Shown: positions 28,813 through 38,226 of the stretch, piece after piece
Layout: each line of letters starts with the position of its first letter
Position numbering within the stretch: the stretch's first letter is position 1
Virus record (IMG/VR): IMGVR_UViG_3300046490_000164
Location: 70,170 to 134,169 of that record
Strand: one strand, 5' to 3'
DNA from: a virus
Length of the DNA: 64,000 nt
Program-made: the position numbers and the translations under genes
Notes under the pieces: model-generated
What the model saw: the letters and a program-made list of their open reading frames with translations, nothing else
Databases searched by the model: none
What the model was told of the DNA's origin: nothing

Positions 28813-29682
28813 ATGGCCAAGCATCCCGCAGAGAACCTGATCCGCTTCTTCATGGTTCGTGACCCTGCCGTCACGGACGGCTCCATCCAGAAGATGCTCG
28901 AGGATTGGGGGTTCCTCACCGTCGATCCCACCTACCTCCCTCTCCTGCGTCAGGAGATCCCAGCTCCTCCGGCCGGCTTCAACCCAGGAGACAAGGCTCA
29001 CCGCGCCAGCGTCACCTACCTGCGCGACCTCAAGCTCTACGAGTTCTTCCACCCGAACGACGCAGCTGAGGACGCTTGGAGGGTGCTCTCGATCCCCGAC
29101 CAGCGTATGGCGGCCGAGCAGATCCTCCTGGCCCGACTCGACCTCGCCGTCACCGCCAAGAAGATCAACGCCAAGCGCGGCTGGGACTTCACCGAGAAGA
29201 TGCTGAAGATGTACCAGCACTTCTTCTGGAACGTGCCGTCCCTGACCTTCGATGAGTGGGGCCGGTACATGTTCAACCGGACCTCGCTCTACGAGCACTA
29301 CATGGGGCTGCTCATCGCCTCCCCGATGCTCGCCTTCTACCACCTGCGGCTCGACCAGACGGTGGAGTCGAAGCGCATGATCCAGCGCACGCAGGAGATC
29401 GCCTACTTCACGATGGAAGAGGTGGCGCAGAAGCCGGGCGTCCACATCGACAAGGTGAAGAGCTTGTCGATGCTCTCGAAGACCATCAACGAGTGCCACC
29501 AGTCCTTGTCCACCTCGGACATGGCGCTGAAGGACGTCCTCCGCCAGTTCGAACACTGGCGCATGGAGCACCCGCAGATCACACCTCCGGCGCTGAACCT
29601 ACTGGCGCCTGCCGGGAACCACTCGGGCTCCGGGCAAGACAAGAAGGAAGCGGAAGTCATCGAGCTCCATCCCGAGCCATGA
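28813..29682 (+). CDS. Hypothetical protein
   Basis: 289-aa ORF with a clean start 10 nt after the upstream stop. Confidence 0.5.
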   Translation: MAKHPAENLIRFFMVRDPAVTDGSIQKMLEDWGFLTVDPTYLPLLRQEIPAPPAGFNPGDKAHRASVTYLRDLKLYEFFHPNDAAEDAWRVLSIPDQRMAAEQILLARLDLAVTAKKINAKRGWDFTEKMLKMYQHFFWNVPSLTFDEWGRYMFNRTSLYEHYMGLLIASPMLAFYHLRLDQTVESKRMIQRTQEIAYFTMEEVAQKPGVHIDKVKSLSMLSKTINECHQSLSTSDMALKDVLRQFEHWRMEHPQITPPALNLLAPAGNHSGSGQDKKEAEVIELHPEP

Positions 29683-30023
29683 TGCTCAACAACATCATCC
29701 CACCGCGACCAGTTCGTGGGATGGGCTACTGGGTGTGGATCCCCGCTGAGGCTACCTTCTCCACCCAAGACCCGTGGATCCAATACTACGGTACGGGGGA
29801 CCTACCGACCAACGTATCTGTCTTCTTGGAGAGCGTAACGAAGGAGAAGGCAGCGAAGATCAGGTACGGGAAGCTGTTCCAGAAGAACATGCATCACATC
29901 GAGAAGAGTCGGGAGTACCGTAGCCAGCAGGCCTGCATGGCCTTGAAGTCCCGAGCGGTCTCGGCCAAGCTGTACGGCAAGCACCGCACCACACGAAACG
30001 CCCTATCGTCGGGTCGATGGTAG
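29679..30023 (+). CDS. Hypothetical small protein
   Basis: ATG 29679 overlapping the upstream stop (ATGATG). Begins MMLNNIIPPRPVRGMGYWVWIP. 114 aa. Confidence 0.4.
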   Translation: MMLNNIIPPRPVRGMGYWVWIPAEATFSTQDPWIQYYGTGDLPTNVSVFLESVTKEKAAKIRYGKLFQKNMHHIEKSREYRSQQACMALKSRAVSAKLYGKHRTTRNALSSGRW

Positions 30024-30044
30024 AACTCTGAGAGGGACCGCACT

Positions 30045-30521
30045 ATGCCCACCTGGCAGGAGCAAGAGACCAACAGCCGCAAGCCCATCCCCGTCACGGC
30101 CGAGAAGGCCGCGGACCTCGACAAGGCCAAGGAGGAGGGCCTTCCCACCGTCATCAAGCAAGCGGCCAAGGGAGAGCTTCCCGTCCAGCCTGTGCAGCTC
30201 CAGCCTGTGCGCAGCCCAGGGATCTACGAGGGGGAGTTCGGAGTCAAGGACGACGACCTCATCTTCCACTTCTGGCCCTACGGCTACCACGACGCGGACC
30301 GCAAGGGGCTCGCCACGCCTCGCTTCAAGAAGGACTTCGAGTCGACGCTCAAGGCGGTGGCAGCTCGTGAGCTGCGCAACCGTGCCGTCGTGGAGCACGA
30401 CCAGGACGTGGGCGCCTACTTCGTACGCGGGACAGGGTGGGGGACGAGCCAGTTCCACCACGACATCGCCGTCAAGTTCTGCCAGGCACTACACACCGCG
30501 CTCGGCGGCACTGAGGGCTAA
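30045..30521 (+). CDS. Hypothetical protein
   Basis: 158-aa ORF; last plus-strand gene before the minus-strand island. Confidence 0.5.
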   Translation: MPTWQEQETNSRKPIPVTAEKAADLDKAKEEGLPTVIKQAAKGELPVQPVQLQPVRSPGIYEGEFGVKDDDLIFHFWPYGYHDADRKGLATPRFKKDFESTLKAVAARELRNRAVVEHDQDVGAYFVRGTGWGTSQFHHDIAVKFCQALHTALGGTEG

Positions 30522-30552
30522 GAAGAAGGGGCCCGAACAGGCGCCCCACTCC

Positions 30553-31119
30553 CTACTTCTTGTCCGGCGAACCTGGCGGCAGCAGGTTCTGCTTGAAGCC
30601 CGGTGCGCGCAGCCGCTTCAGGACGTCAGCAGCGTTGTGCTGCACCCACTGCTTGTAGAGCCCAGCCTCGCCGGTCGAGGGGATGTTGGCCGGGTTGATG
30701 CTGGCGAGCGTCTGCTCGAAGTTCTCCGCCGCCCTGTCTAGGGTCTTCGCCTTCTTGGTGAGGTCGTACTTCGCCCGGTCAAGGTCATCGAACGTGGCAC
30801 GGATGCCGACCGATGGCAGCGAGACCAGACCGCGGAGGTACTTCGTGTGGAGGATCTTCCTGGCCGGCGTCACCGTCCTCTTGATCCGGTCCACGTCCTC
30901 CGAGTCGAAGCGCGGCATGTGCTTGAAGCCGTTCACCATCTTGGCGACGACGTTGAAGGCCTGGAACTCCCCAGGGGTGTTCTGGGCCGCCCAGTCCAGG
31001 AAGTGCGCCACGCGATGGGACATCGACAGCTCCAGCGGCGGGGAATAGATGGTCCCGTTCACCGCAGCCTTGGTGCTACGAGCGGTCTTGCTCACTCGGC
31101 CCTCCTGTTGGATCTCCAT
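30553..31119 (-). CDS. Hypothetical protein
   Basis: 188-aa ORF; last gene of the minus-strand island 33488 to 30553. Confidence 0.45.
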   Translation of the reverse strand: MEIQQEGRVSKTARSTKAAVNGTIYSPPLELSMSHRVAHFLDWAAQNTPGEFQAFNVVAKMVNGFKHMPRFDSEDVDRIKRTVTPARKILHTKYLRGLVSLPSVGIRATFDDLDRAKYDLTKKAKTLDRAAENFEQTLASINPANIPSTGEAGLYKQWVQHNAADVLKRLRAPGFKQNLLPPGSPDKK

Positions 31120-32017
31120 CCACGACCCCCGCTGCGATGATCTGTTCGTTGTACTTCTTCACCAGCGCCCAGGCCGAGCACACAGCTTCGTACTTCGGCC
31201 GCTTCGTCTCGTCTCCGTCGTGCCTATCCGGGTGATACTCGCGCGCCATGGCGTGGTAGCGAGTCCGGGCTATGGCGATATCCACAGGATGCCCGTCTCG
31301 AAGGGGAGGGTCGATGTGCAGCGCACGGCAGGCCTCCACTACCTCTGCTCTGCTCATGTTGCTGCGCCTGGCAAGCGTCTCGTCCACGGACGCTGCCTCC
31401 TTCATGTTACGTTTCAGCTCCCCCATCATCACCTTCAGGGTGACGACGAAGTCTCTAGTCACCTTGTCGATCACCACAGGGGGCGCGTGTCGTAGGCGTC
31501 CCTTGACGTACCCGACTACCTGCGCTCGGATCTGGGCCGCAAAGGCAGTGTCCGGGTCCTCGGTGGAGGCCAGAACCCTTGGGACCTTCCGCTTCACGCC
31601 CTTGCCCTTGGGCGCCGGCTTTCCTACCCTGACCGGCACACCACTGATCCAACGAAGGAACGGAAGGCGGTCGTAGTCGGCCAGGGCCTTCTTCATCGCC
31701 TCATCCAGAGGGATGCCCTTGTCCACTGCGATCCTCTTCGCATCCCCAACGATCTTGGCAGCGGAGTTGACCAACAACTGCCCAGCATCGACCCGTTGCC
31801 ACAGCGGGTCGATCATGTCCCCCAACCCGATGAGGGTCGCACGAACCTGGATGTGGAAGAGGTTGTCTCCTAGGAACTTGCAGAGCCACTCTCTCTGCTG
31901 TCCGTCAGACACCCCCGACTTCTCTCTTTCACGCTTGAGCGCTCGCTCAATGAGAGCCTTCTTCTTCTGCGTGTCGGCCCAACCCCAAGCTTCTTTGAGA
32001 TCATCGATGGTGCTCAT
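31076..32017 (-). CDS. J-domain (DnaJ-like) protein, J domain at the C-terminus
   Basis: 313 aa. C-terminal YHAMAREYHPDRHDGDETKRPKYEAV contains the HPD tripeptide in a J-domain context. Confidence 0.6.
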   Translation of the reverse strand: MSTIDDLKEAWGWADTQKKKALIERALKREREKSGVSDGQQREWLCKFLGDNLFHIQVRATLIGLGDMIDPLWQRVDAGQLLVNSAAKIVGDAKRIAVDKGIPLDEAMKKALADYDRLPFLRWISGVPVRVGKPAPKGKGVKRKVPRVLASTEDPDTAFAAQIRAQVVGYVKGRLRHAPPVVIDKVTRDFVVTLKVMMGELKRNMKEAASVDETLARRSNMSRAEVVEACRALHIDPPLRDGHPVDIAIARTRYHAMAREYHPDRHDGDETKRPKYEAVCSAWALVKKYNEQIIAAGVVDGDPTGGPSEQDRS

Positions 32018-32580
32018 CGCAGAGCCTCAAGGATGGTGCTCATGTCGTTGACCTTCTTCTCGATGCTGTCGATCTTGTCGCGCATGTAGATGATGGATTG
32101 GAACGCTGCACCACTGAGCTCGATGAGCTCATTCAGGATCTTGTTGGTCTCCATGAAGGTGGCTAGCAGTGGGTCGCTCCCTTCTGCCGCAGCCACGACC
32201 GTCGGCTGGAAGGGAACCTGCTGCTGTACGATCTCCTTGGGCACCTCTTGTACTGGAGGTTCTGGATCAACAACCTTGCTGGGTACGAGTTCCAACGTTG
32301 GCTGTGGCCAAATGAACAAGGCGAGTGACTCGTCGTTCTTGACGATGCCGCTGAGCATGTTGATGTCCAATGCCTGAAAGCACTGTACGGCACCGTCAAC
32401 CTTTTTCACAGCCTTGGAGGCTATGAGCTTGTTGATGATCTTCCGCTGAAAGTCTCGCGTTCCGGCTGGTGCTCCGTTGAAGAGATCCGTTCGGGAACAC
32501 ACAGCTCCCCGTCGGAGCAAGATGACGGCCCTCCGAACGATGTCGGCACGGAGCCGCTCCTCGGCAGCGTCCATGAACAT
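32014..32580 (-). CDS. Hypothetical protein
   Basis: 188-aa ORF with a 4-nt overlap to the J-domain gene. Confidence 0.45.
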   Translation of the reverse strand: MFMDAAEERLRADIVRRAVILLRRGAVCSRTDLFNGAPAGTRDFQRKIINKLIASKAVKKVDGAVQCFQALDINMLSGIVKNDESLALFIWPQPTLELVPSKVVDPEPPVQEVPKEIVQQQVPFQPTVVAAAEGSDPLLATFMETNKILNELIELSGAAFQSIIYMRDKIDSIEKKVNDMSTILEALR

Positions 32581-32598
32581 CTCCTTGTTGTGGGTTGG

Positions 32599-32874
32599 TT
32601 ACTGCTTGATGAGCGCCTGTTCCATGTCCTGCTGCGCCGCGAAGAGTCTTCTCACGTCGCGCTGTATGGACTCGCTCGTATGCATGAGAGTAGCAACCTG
32701 GCAGCGCACGGCGTACAGCATCCGCACGATCGGCCAGGGCATGAGACCTCGGTAGATGTGCTTCGCGCACTCCTCACACACAGCCGCAGGAGCCTCCGCA
32801 GAGGTCCACTCGGTCATGCTCACAATACAGTCCGTGCCGCAAGACAGGCACGGTTGCACTACCTGATCCGTCAT
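32599..32874 (-). CDS. Small zinc-ribbon protein
   Basis: ATG 32874-32872 forms an ATGA overlap with the RNase HII stop. MTDQVVQPCLSCGTDC...CEECAKH. Only the C-terminal 91 aa of the 181-aa track ORF are treated as real. Confidence 0.4.
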   Translation of the reverse strand: MTDQVVQPCLSCGTDCIVSMTEWTSAEAPAAVCEECAKHIYRGLMPWPIVRMLYAVRCQVATLMHTSESIQRDVRRLFAAQQDMEQALIKQ

Positions 32875-33488
32875 GAGATCCTCAGTAGTACCTTGCGGCA
32901 GTAACGCTGCCTGTGCAGGTACCTGGACTTGTCGATGGGGTCCACGAGAACTCCTAGCTTCTTGATGCCCTCCTCGTGGGTAAAGGTTCCGTAGCCGGCG
33001 TTGCTCTCCCACCCGTACCCGGGGAACTGTTTGGCGTAGTCCGCCATCATAGTGTCCCGAAGGTACTTGGCGATGATGCTGGCCGCGGAGACCTGTGCGT
33101 AGTTCAGATCTGCCTTGGGCTCGACTTGCTGCCTTCCCTTCCATGTCTGCACGCGGTGGTCACCGTCCACGATGAGCAACCCAGGTGCTGTCTTCAAGTC
33201 ACCCAGGGCGCGGTCGTAAGAAAGCTGGAGGGCTCTGCCGGCTCCGAACGTGTCGATCTCCCACGGCCATGCGTGGCCTATGCCGACGTCGTGCGCCAGG
33301 GACACCAACGGCATGTAGAGGGAGCTGCGAAGCTTCTCCGTCGTCTTCTTCGAGTCCGTCACACCTGGAGGCATTCGCGTGAGCGCCTCGTTCGAGAAGA
33401 CGGCTACAACAGAAATCACCGGACCAGCCCAGGCCCCGTACCCTACTTCATCCAAGCCACCTACGAGATCCTCGGGACGTACGGTCAT
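32871..33488 (-). CDS. rnhB: Ribonuclease HII
   Basis: 205 aa. GLDEVGYGAWAGPVISVVAV (compare GIDEAGRGPLAGPVV), DSKKTTEKLR, LIVDGDHR and SAASIIAK motifs. Confidence 0.8.
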   Translation of the reverse strand: MTVRPEDLVGGLDEVGYGAWAGPVISVVAVFSNEALTRMPPGVTDSKKTTEKLRSSLYMPLVSLAHDVGIGHAWPWEIDTFGAGRALQLSYDRALGDLKTAPGLLIVDGDHRVQTWKGRQQVEPKADLNYAQVSAASIIAKYLRDTMMADYAKQFPGYGWESNAGYGTFTHEEGIKKLGVLVDPIDKSRYLHRQRYCRKVLLRIS

Positions 33489-33502
33489 GTGTCCTCCGAA
33501 AC

Positions 33503-33510
33503 CTTATGCC
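33503..33510 (+). promoter_or_regulatory. Conserved CTTATGCC motif, copy 3 (just upstream of the rnhB start, within the hairpin GAAACCTT...AAGGTTTT)
   Basis: aacCTTATGCCtc, followed by TTTTTCGTTCTT. Confidence 0.3.
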
Positions 33511-33810
33511 TCAAGGTTTTTCGTTCTTGGCAGGGCCCAGACGGCGTCTCACACCGACCGAGAACTCGATCCTGGTGGGCTTCATCGTGACGCTGCCCTG
33601 CACCACGGCTTCGTTGCGGGCGATCCACGTCTGCGCCACGTTCCACATCGGCAAGAGGACGCTCATGGGCTGTGGCGTCTGGAGCTCGATTAGTACCTTA
33701 TGTACCAACGGCATCCCGCCATCGCTGACCGTGACCCTGATCGGTACGCCTACAGCTCTCGTCATGGAGGCGCCCATCTCGGCGACCCAAGCTAGCGGAG
33801 GAGTGAGCAT
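33511..33810 (-). CDS. Hypothetical small protein (uncertain)
   Basis: Start trimmed to an internal ATG (MLTPPLAWVAEM...). Diverges from the terminase gene with a gap of about 28 nt. Could be non-coding. Confidence 0.25.
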   Translation of the reverse strand: MLTPPLAWVAEMGASMTRAVGVPIRVTVSDGGMPLVHKVLIELQTPQPMSVLLPMWNVAQTWIARNEAVVQGSVTMKPTRIEFSVGVRRRLGPAKNEKP

Positions 33811-33838
33811 TCTTGTTGCTTTGTAGCACGCACTTCGT

Positions 33839-35683
33839 ATGTACTGGCAACCTATGCAAGTCGTCACTGCCGCCGAGTACCGGAAACGCTACAGGCCCAA
33901 CGTCGTCATCTCCGAGAGCGGACGACCTGAGCTCGCGGAGGAATGGGACTTCGAGCCAGAGATCCCTCCAGAGTACGCCGACGACCTGGAGGTCGCGCGC
34001 AAGCGGTCAGAGCTCGTCTCCATCTCACCGTCCCACTTCACCGAGTTCGCGGTGAAGATCCCCATCAACAAGGACGACGACGCTGAGACGCAGAAGACGC
34101 ACGACAACTTCAACTTCAAGGGGCGTGAGTACCTCCGCATGCCCTACGACACTGGGGCGAAGAGGCGGCTCTTCAAGTGCGGACGCCAGGTGGAGAAGTC
34201 GACGCTCCTCGGCAACACCTGCCTGTCCTACTGCTGCATCGTCAACGCCTTCAACGTCCTCTACGTCTCCCCCACCAACCAGCAGACCAAGACCTTCTCT
34301 CGAGATCGTCTGAAGGAGCCGCTCGAGACGAGTGACCTCTTGAAGAGCTGGACGACCACCAAGCTCTCCGACAACGTCTTCGAGAAGCAGTTCATCAACC
34401 GCTCCAAGATCACGCTGCGGTACGCCTACCACAACGCCGACCGTACCCGCGGTATCCCCGCGGACATGATCCTGATCGACGAGGTTCAGGACATCATCAC
34501 CGACAACATCCCCATCATCGAGGAGTGCGCCTCGCACTCCCACTTCAAGCTCTTCGTCTACTCGGGCACGCCCAAGTCTCTCGACAACGCCATCGAGAAG
34601 TACTGGAACGACTACTCGACGCAGAACGAGTGGGTGGTCCCTTGTGAGCGCCACGGGACACCGAACGACCCCAGCTCCTGGCACTGGAACATCCTCTCCG
34701 AAGACACCATGGAGGAGAAGGGCCTCGTCTGCGACAAGTGCCACGAGCTCATCAACCCGATGCACCCGATGGCCCAGTGGGCCTCGATGAATCCGAAGGT
34801 CCGACAGGACCCTCCAGAAGGTCTCGGTACGGATGGCGCCTATGAGGGGTTCCGCATCCCACAGCTCATGGTGCCGTGGCTGAACTGGTCGCAGATCTGG
34901 GTGAAGAAGCTCACCTATCCTCGAGGTCAGTTCTACAACGAGGTGCTCGGTCTTTCGTACGACTCCGGCCTTCGCCCCCTCACGCAGCAGGATGTGAAGA
35001 ACAACTGCAAGTCTGGACTCCTCATGTCGGAGTCCATGCTGGCCGACATCAAGCACAGGCTCGGACAGTCCTCTCCCATCTTCGCCGGCATCGACTGGGG
35101 CACCGGAGAGGGCAGCTACACCGTCCTCACCCTGGGCGCCTACATCGATGGCTTCTTCACCATCTTCTACATCCACCGCTTCGAGGGCCAGGAGCTCGAG
35201 CCACCAGTCCAGCTCGGCATCATCGAGGACCTCCTGCGTGCCTGGAACGTGGACATGGTCGGCTGCGACTACGGTGGCGGCTACCACCAGAATGACAACC
35301 TCCAGCGCAAGTTCGGGACCAACAAGATCGTGAAGTACCAGTACTCGAACCCTGGCCAGAAGGTGAAGTACGAGCCCGACCTTCGACGTTTCCTCGTGAA
35401 CCGCACCGAGGTGATGAGCGACTTCTTCAACGCCATCAAGCGCGCCAACTTCTTCCGCTTCCCTGACTGGGCCCACTTCGAGGATCCGTACGCTTCAGAC
35501 TTCCTCTCCATCTTCAGCGAGTACAACGAGCAGCGCAGGCAGATCGAGTACAAGCACGCACCGGACAAGACGGACGACTCGTTCCACTCCTCGCTCTACT
35601 GCTTCCTCGCATCCATGCTGAAGATCCCAGCCTTCCACATCCTGAACCCCACCTCCAAGGTCTCCATCCAGACTGAGGACTAA
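33839..35683 (+). CDS. terL: Terminase large subunit (ATPase plus nuclease)
   Basis: 614 aa. Walker A CGRQVEKST, Walker B ADMILIDEVQD. C-terminal RNase-H-like nuclease region GIDWGTGEGSYTVLTLGAY...DYGGGY. Confidence 0.85.
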   Translation: MYWQPMQVVTAAEYRKRYRPNVVISESGRPELAEEWDFEPEIPPEYADDLEVARKRSELVSISPSHFTEFAVKIPINKDDDAETQKTHDNFNFKGREYLRMPYDTGAKRRLFKCGRQVEKSTLLGNTCLSYCCIVNAFNVLYVSPTNQQTKTFSRDRLKEPLETSDLLKSWTTTKLSDNVFEKQFINRSKITLRYAYHNADRTRGIPADMILIDEVQDIITDNIPIIEECASHSHFKLFVYSGTPKSLDNAIEKYWNDYSTQNEWVVPCERHGTPNDPSSWHWNILSEDTMEEKGLVCDKCHELINPMHPMAQWASMNPKVRQDPPEGLGTDGAYEGFRIPQLMVPWLNWSQIWVKKLTYPRGQFYNEVLGLSYDSGLRPLTQQDVKNNCKSGLLMSESMLADIKHRLGQSSPIFAGIDWGTGEGSYTVLTLGAYIDGFFTIFYIHRFEGQELEPPVQLGIIEDLLRAWNVDMVGCDYGGGYHQNDNLQRKFGTNKIVKYQYSNPGQKVKYEPDLRRFLVNRTEVMSDFFNAIKRANFFRFPDWAHFEDPYASDFLSIFSEYNEQRRQIEYKHAPDKTDDSFHSSLYCFLASMLKIPAFHILNPTSKVSIQTED

Positions 35684-35742
35684 GAAGAAGCTGCGGGCCT
35701 TACGGGGCCCACAACTCCTCCACGTTCTGCTCAGCGTGCCGG

Positions 35743-36186
35743 CTACTTCCGGACCGTCGGCTTGCTGCCGGGGAACATCTGCGGCAGGTCGAAGCGGGGA
35801 GCGATGACGGTCTCGTACACGACGCCGAGGACCGCTACCGCGCCGGCGACCTTCACGGCGCCGCCGACCGTGACGCCCGAGCGCCAGACCTTGATGACGG
35901 GCTTGGTCCAGCCCTCGACCGGCGGCTCGCCGCGGAGCGCGTTGGCGGCGTCGATGTGGCCGGTCATGTCGAGGACGGAGGCGGCGACCTCCTTCTCCTC
36001 CTTGGACATGGCGCCGACGATGGCGTTCAGGGACGGGGTGGTGTTCAGCGACTCGAGCTTCTTCTCGAGCGAGGCGAACTGCGCCGCCATGTCGACGGGC
36101 GGGACCAGGTGCGGCGGCGGCAGCGCGGTGGCGACGTCGAGGACGACGCCGGGAGCGGGGGTCTTGTTGTCGGGGGTCTTGGCCAC
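35743..36186 (-). CDS. Hypothetical protein
   Basis: 147-aa ORF. The overlapping 402-aa Arg-rich track ORF (35495-36703) is treated as artefact. Confidence 0.4.
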   Translation of the reverse strand: MAKTPDNKTPAPGVVLDVATALPPPHLVPPVDMAAQFASLEKKLESLNTTPSLNAIVGAMSKEEKEVAASVLDMTGHIDAANALRGEPPVEGWTKPVIKVWRSGVTVGGAVKVAGAVAVLGVVYETVIAPRFDLPQMFPGSKPTVRK

Positions 36187-36264
36187 GGGGTATCTCCTTC
36201 TTCAGTCCGGAGTGAACTGAGGGCCAGTTCTGTCTGGCTATACCCTTATCCCGATGCCTTCGAC

Positions 36265-36969
36265 TCAATTGCCAGTCTTGACCCCTAGGGAGCGCAGCAG
36301 GTCGTCCTTGGGGGTGTCGAAGTCCTTGAACACCTCGGCTGGCACGATTCCCTGTTTGCTCTCGATCCAGAAGAGGGCCATCTCCCGGATGCGCTTGCGT
36401 CCCTGCTCGAGCTTGGCGCGCAGAGCCTGGACACGGACGTCGTCCTTCATCTCCTTGGTGGATCCGAGGTAGGAGCTCATGCGGGCAGCTAGGGTGTAGA
36501 AGACCAACCACGGCTGGACGGTGAGGTTGGCCTCCGCCAAACGCCTCAGCAGCTCCTCGTCGAAGTGCCCGAAGAGCTCCGCCCACTGGGACATGGCCTC
36601 GAACTTCCATTCCTTGGTGGCGAGGTAGTCCGTGGCGGCCTTGTAGAGGGCCACTGCCTCCTGGGTGTTCGGTCGCATCGGCTTCATCTCCTGCGCCCCC
36701 CACGCGGCCTGCGCCATCGCCATCTGCTCCTCGAGCCTGCGCACCCGCGCAGTGAGATTGAAGAAGGTCTTCCTGGTGAGGGCCGGCATGTCGGTCCCCA
36801 GCTCCACGGCCAGTTGCTCGATCTCCTCCTTGAGGAGTAGAACCTTGCCGTCCCTCAGGTTCCTGCGAAGGAAGCCTTTCGTGATGTACGTGTGAACGGT
36901 CCTTCGAGAGACGTTCAGCCTGGTTGCCGTCTCGTTGATGGTCAGGAACCGAGAAGAAGTGCTTCCCAT
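36265..36969 (-). CDS. Helix-turn-helix DNA-binding regulator (MerR/excisionase-type N-terminal HTH)
   Basis: N-terminus LTINETATRLNVSRRTVHTYITKGFL is a classic HTH. 234 aa, with a C-terminal helical domain. Confidence 0.55.
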   Translation of the reverse strand: MGSTSSRFLTINETATRLNVSRRTVHTYITKGFLRRNLRDGKVLLLKEEIEQLAVELGTDMPALTRKTFFNLTARVRRLEEQMAMAQAAWGAQEMKPMRPNTQEAVALYKAATDYLATKEWKFEAMSQWAELFGHFDEELLRRLAEANLTVQPWLVFYTLAARMSSYLGSTKEMKDDVRVQALRAKLEQGRKRIREMALFWIESKQGIVPAEVFKDFDTPKDDLLRSLGVKTGN

Positions 36970-37037
36970 GTCGCCACCTCGCGCTCTAGTCTAATCCAGT
37001 GCTTGCACCACTCCTGTCGACGACGGAGCCTACCGCA

Positions 37038-37976
37038 ATGGATGAGCTCACGCAGTATCTCCTCTCCGATCGCAAGACCCACCCCAAGATCTCCCCCGAG
37101 ATGTTGGAGATGATGGGGAAGCAGGCTGCCAACAGCCTCTACGAGGACGGGAGGTCGATGACCACCACCATCGCCAAGCTGGCGAGTGCCTACCCCGACA
37201 TCAACTCCGAGCAGGTGAAGCGCATCTGCGAGTTCGCCAACACGGCCGCCCATCTCCATCAGCACGACAACGCGAAGACCGCCGGCGCCGACTCGAGCTA
37301 CCCGCAGTTCGATCTGGCCGATCCGGCCAGGGTGCTGCAAGAGCTCTCCAACGGAGCTCGCGCCGTGCACGTCCCAGCCACCGACCCATCCTACGCCCGG
37401 GCGCCAGAGCACAAGGCGAAGGTGTCCAACGCCGCAGAGGACGCGCTGGCGGACATGTTCCACGTGAAGACCGCGCAGGCCGAGCCGGAGTACGCCCCGA
37501 ACGCCGTGCTCAACGAGGTCTTCAAGACCAAGGACGATCTCAAGAGCCTGCGGGACCACCTCGCCAGCTCTGCCGAGAGCCTCGACTTCGGCTGGAAGAC
37601 GGCCAGCGATGAGCTCTACGATCTCACCAAGCGCCACATCCTGGACGGCGGCTCCCTGGCTGACATCGTGAAGGTGGCCAAGGCATCCGGCATCTCTTCG
37701 GAGCAGGCCACGGACACGCTCCAGCCGGTGGTCATCCGTCTCCTCAAGGAGAAGGTCGCCACCCCACTCCAGCTCAAGCAACAGGCCCTCGACTACATCA
37801 AGGTGGCGCACCGGGACCTGAACGAGAACCACCCGCTCGTGATGACGTTCCGGGCCGTGGCCTCCCTCGACGAAGAGGTCACCAAGGTGGCCGCCGCCCT
37901 CAAGGAGGCCGAGGAGCAGCTCGGTCGGGTGGACGCCTTCCTCAAGGAGCAGGTCCGTGCTGGCGCGTCTCGCTAA
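37038..37976 (+). CDS. Hypothetical protein
   Basis: ATG 37038 (MDELTQYLLSD) with a GGAG-type RBS. The upstream GTG at 36999 lacks an RBS. Confidence 0.5.
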   Translation: MDELTQYLLSDRKTHPKISPEMLEMMGKQAANSLYEDGRSMTTTIAKLASAYPDINSEQVKRICEFANTAAHLHQHDNAKTAGADSSYPQFDLADPARVLQELSNGARAVHVPATDPSYARAPEHKAKVSNAAEDALADMFHVKTAQAEPEYAPNAVLNEVFKTKDDLKSLRDHLASSAESLDFGWKTASDELYDLTKRHILDGGSLADIVKVAKASGISSEQATDTLQPVVIRLLKEKVATPLQLKQQALDYIKVAHRDLNENHPLVMTFRAVASLDEEVTKVAAALKEAEEQLGRVDAFLKEQVRAGASR

Positions 37977-38226
37977 GCTGGCCCACGTCTCCGCCCATCT
38001 TCGCGCCGGAGCCGAGGAGTCCGAGAAGACCGCCTTCGTGGCTGCCCTGAAGCTCTTGGGTGGGCTCGCTGCGAAGAACCCAGGCAAAGCACTGGGGGTG
38101 GCTGCCACACTAGGACTGGGCGGGGCCGGGGCTCTGGGCAAGAAGAGGCAGTACGCCGCCGGCTTCGATCCTGAAGTGCAGAAGACCATGCTGGGGCCAA
38201 CCCCCACACCCCCGGGAACAACATGA
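37957..38226 (+). CDS. Small Ala/Gly/Leu-rich (likely membrane) protein
   Basis: GTG start with an AAGGAG RBS at the correct spacing. 89 aa. Confidence 0.4.
   Translation: MLARLAKLAHVSAHLRAGAEESEKTAFVAALKLLGGLAAKNPGKALGVAATLGLGGAGALGKKRQYAAGFDPEVQKTMLGPTPTPPGTT

Noticed and set aside
32599-33144. Full 181-aa ORF overlapping the rnhB gene
   Set aside because: The N-terminal 90 aa overlap the well-supported RNase HII gene in another frame and are Arg-rich. Only the C-terminal 91 aa (from the ATGA-coupled ATG at 32874) are kept.
35495-36703. 402-aa Arg/Gly/Pro-rich minus-strand ORF
   Set aside because: Low-complexity Arg-rich translation spanning two better-supported genes (35743-36186 and 36265-36969) in other frames; treated as a GC artefact.
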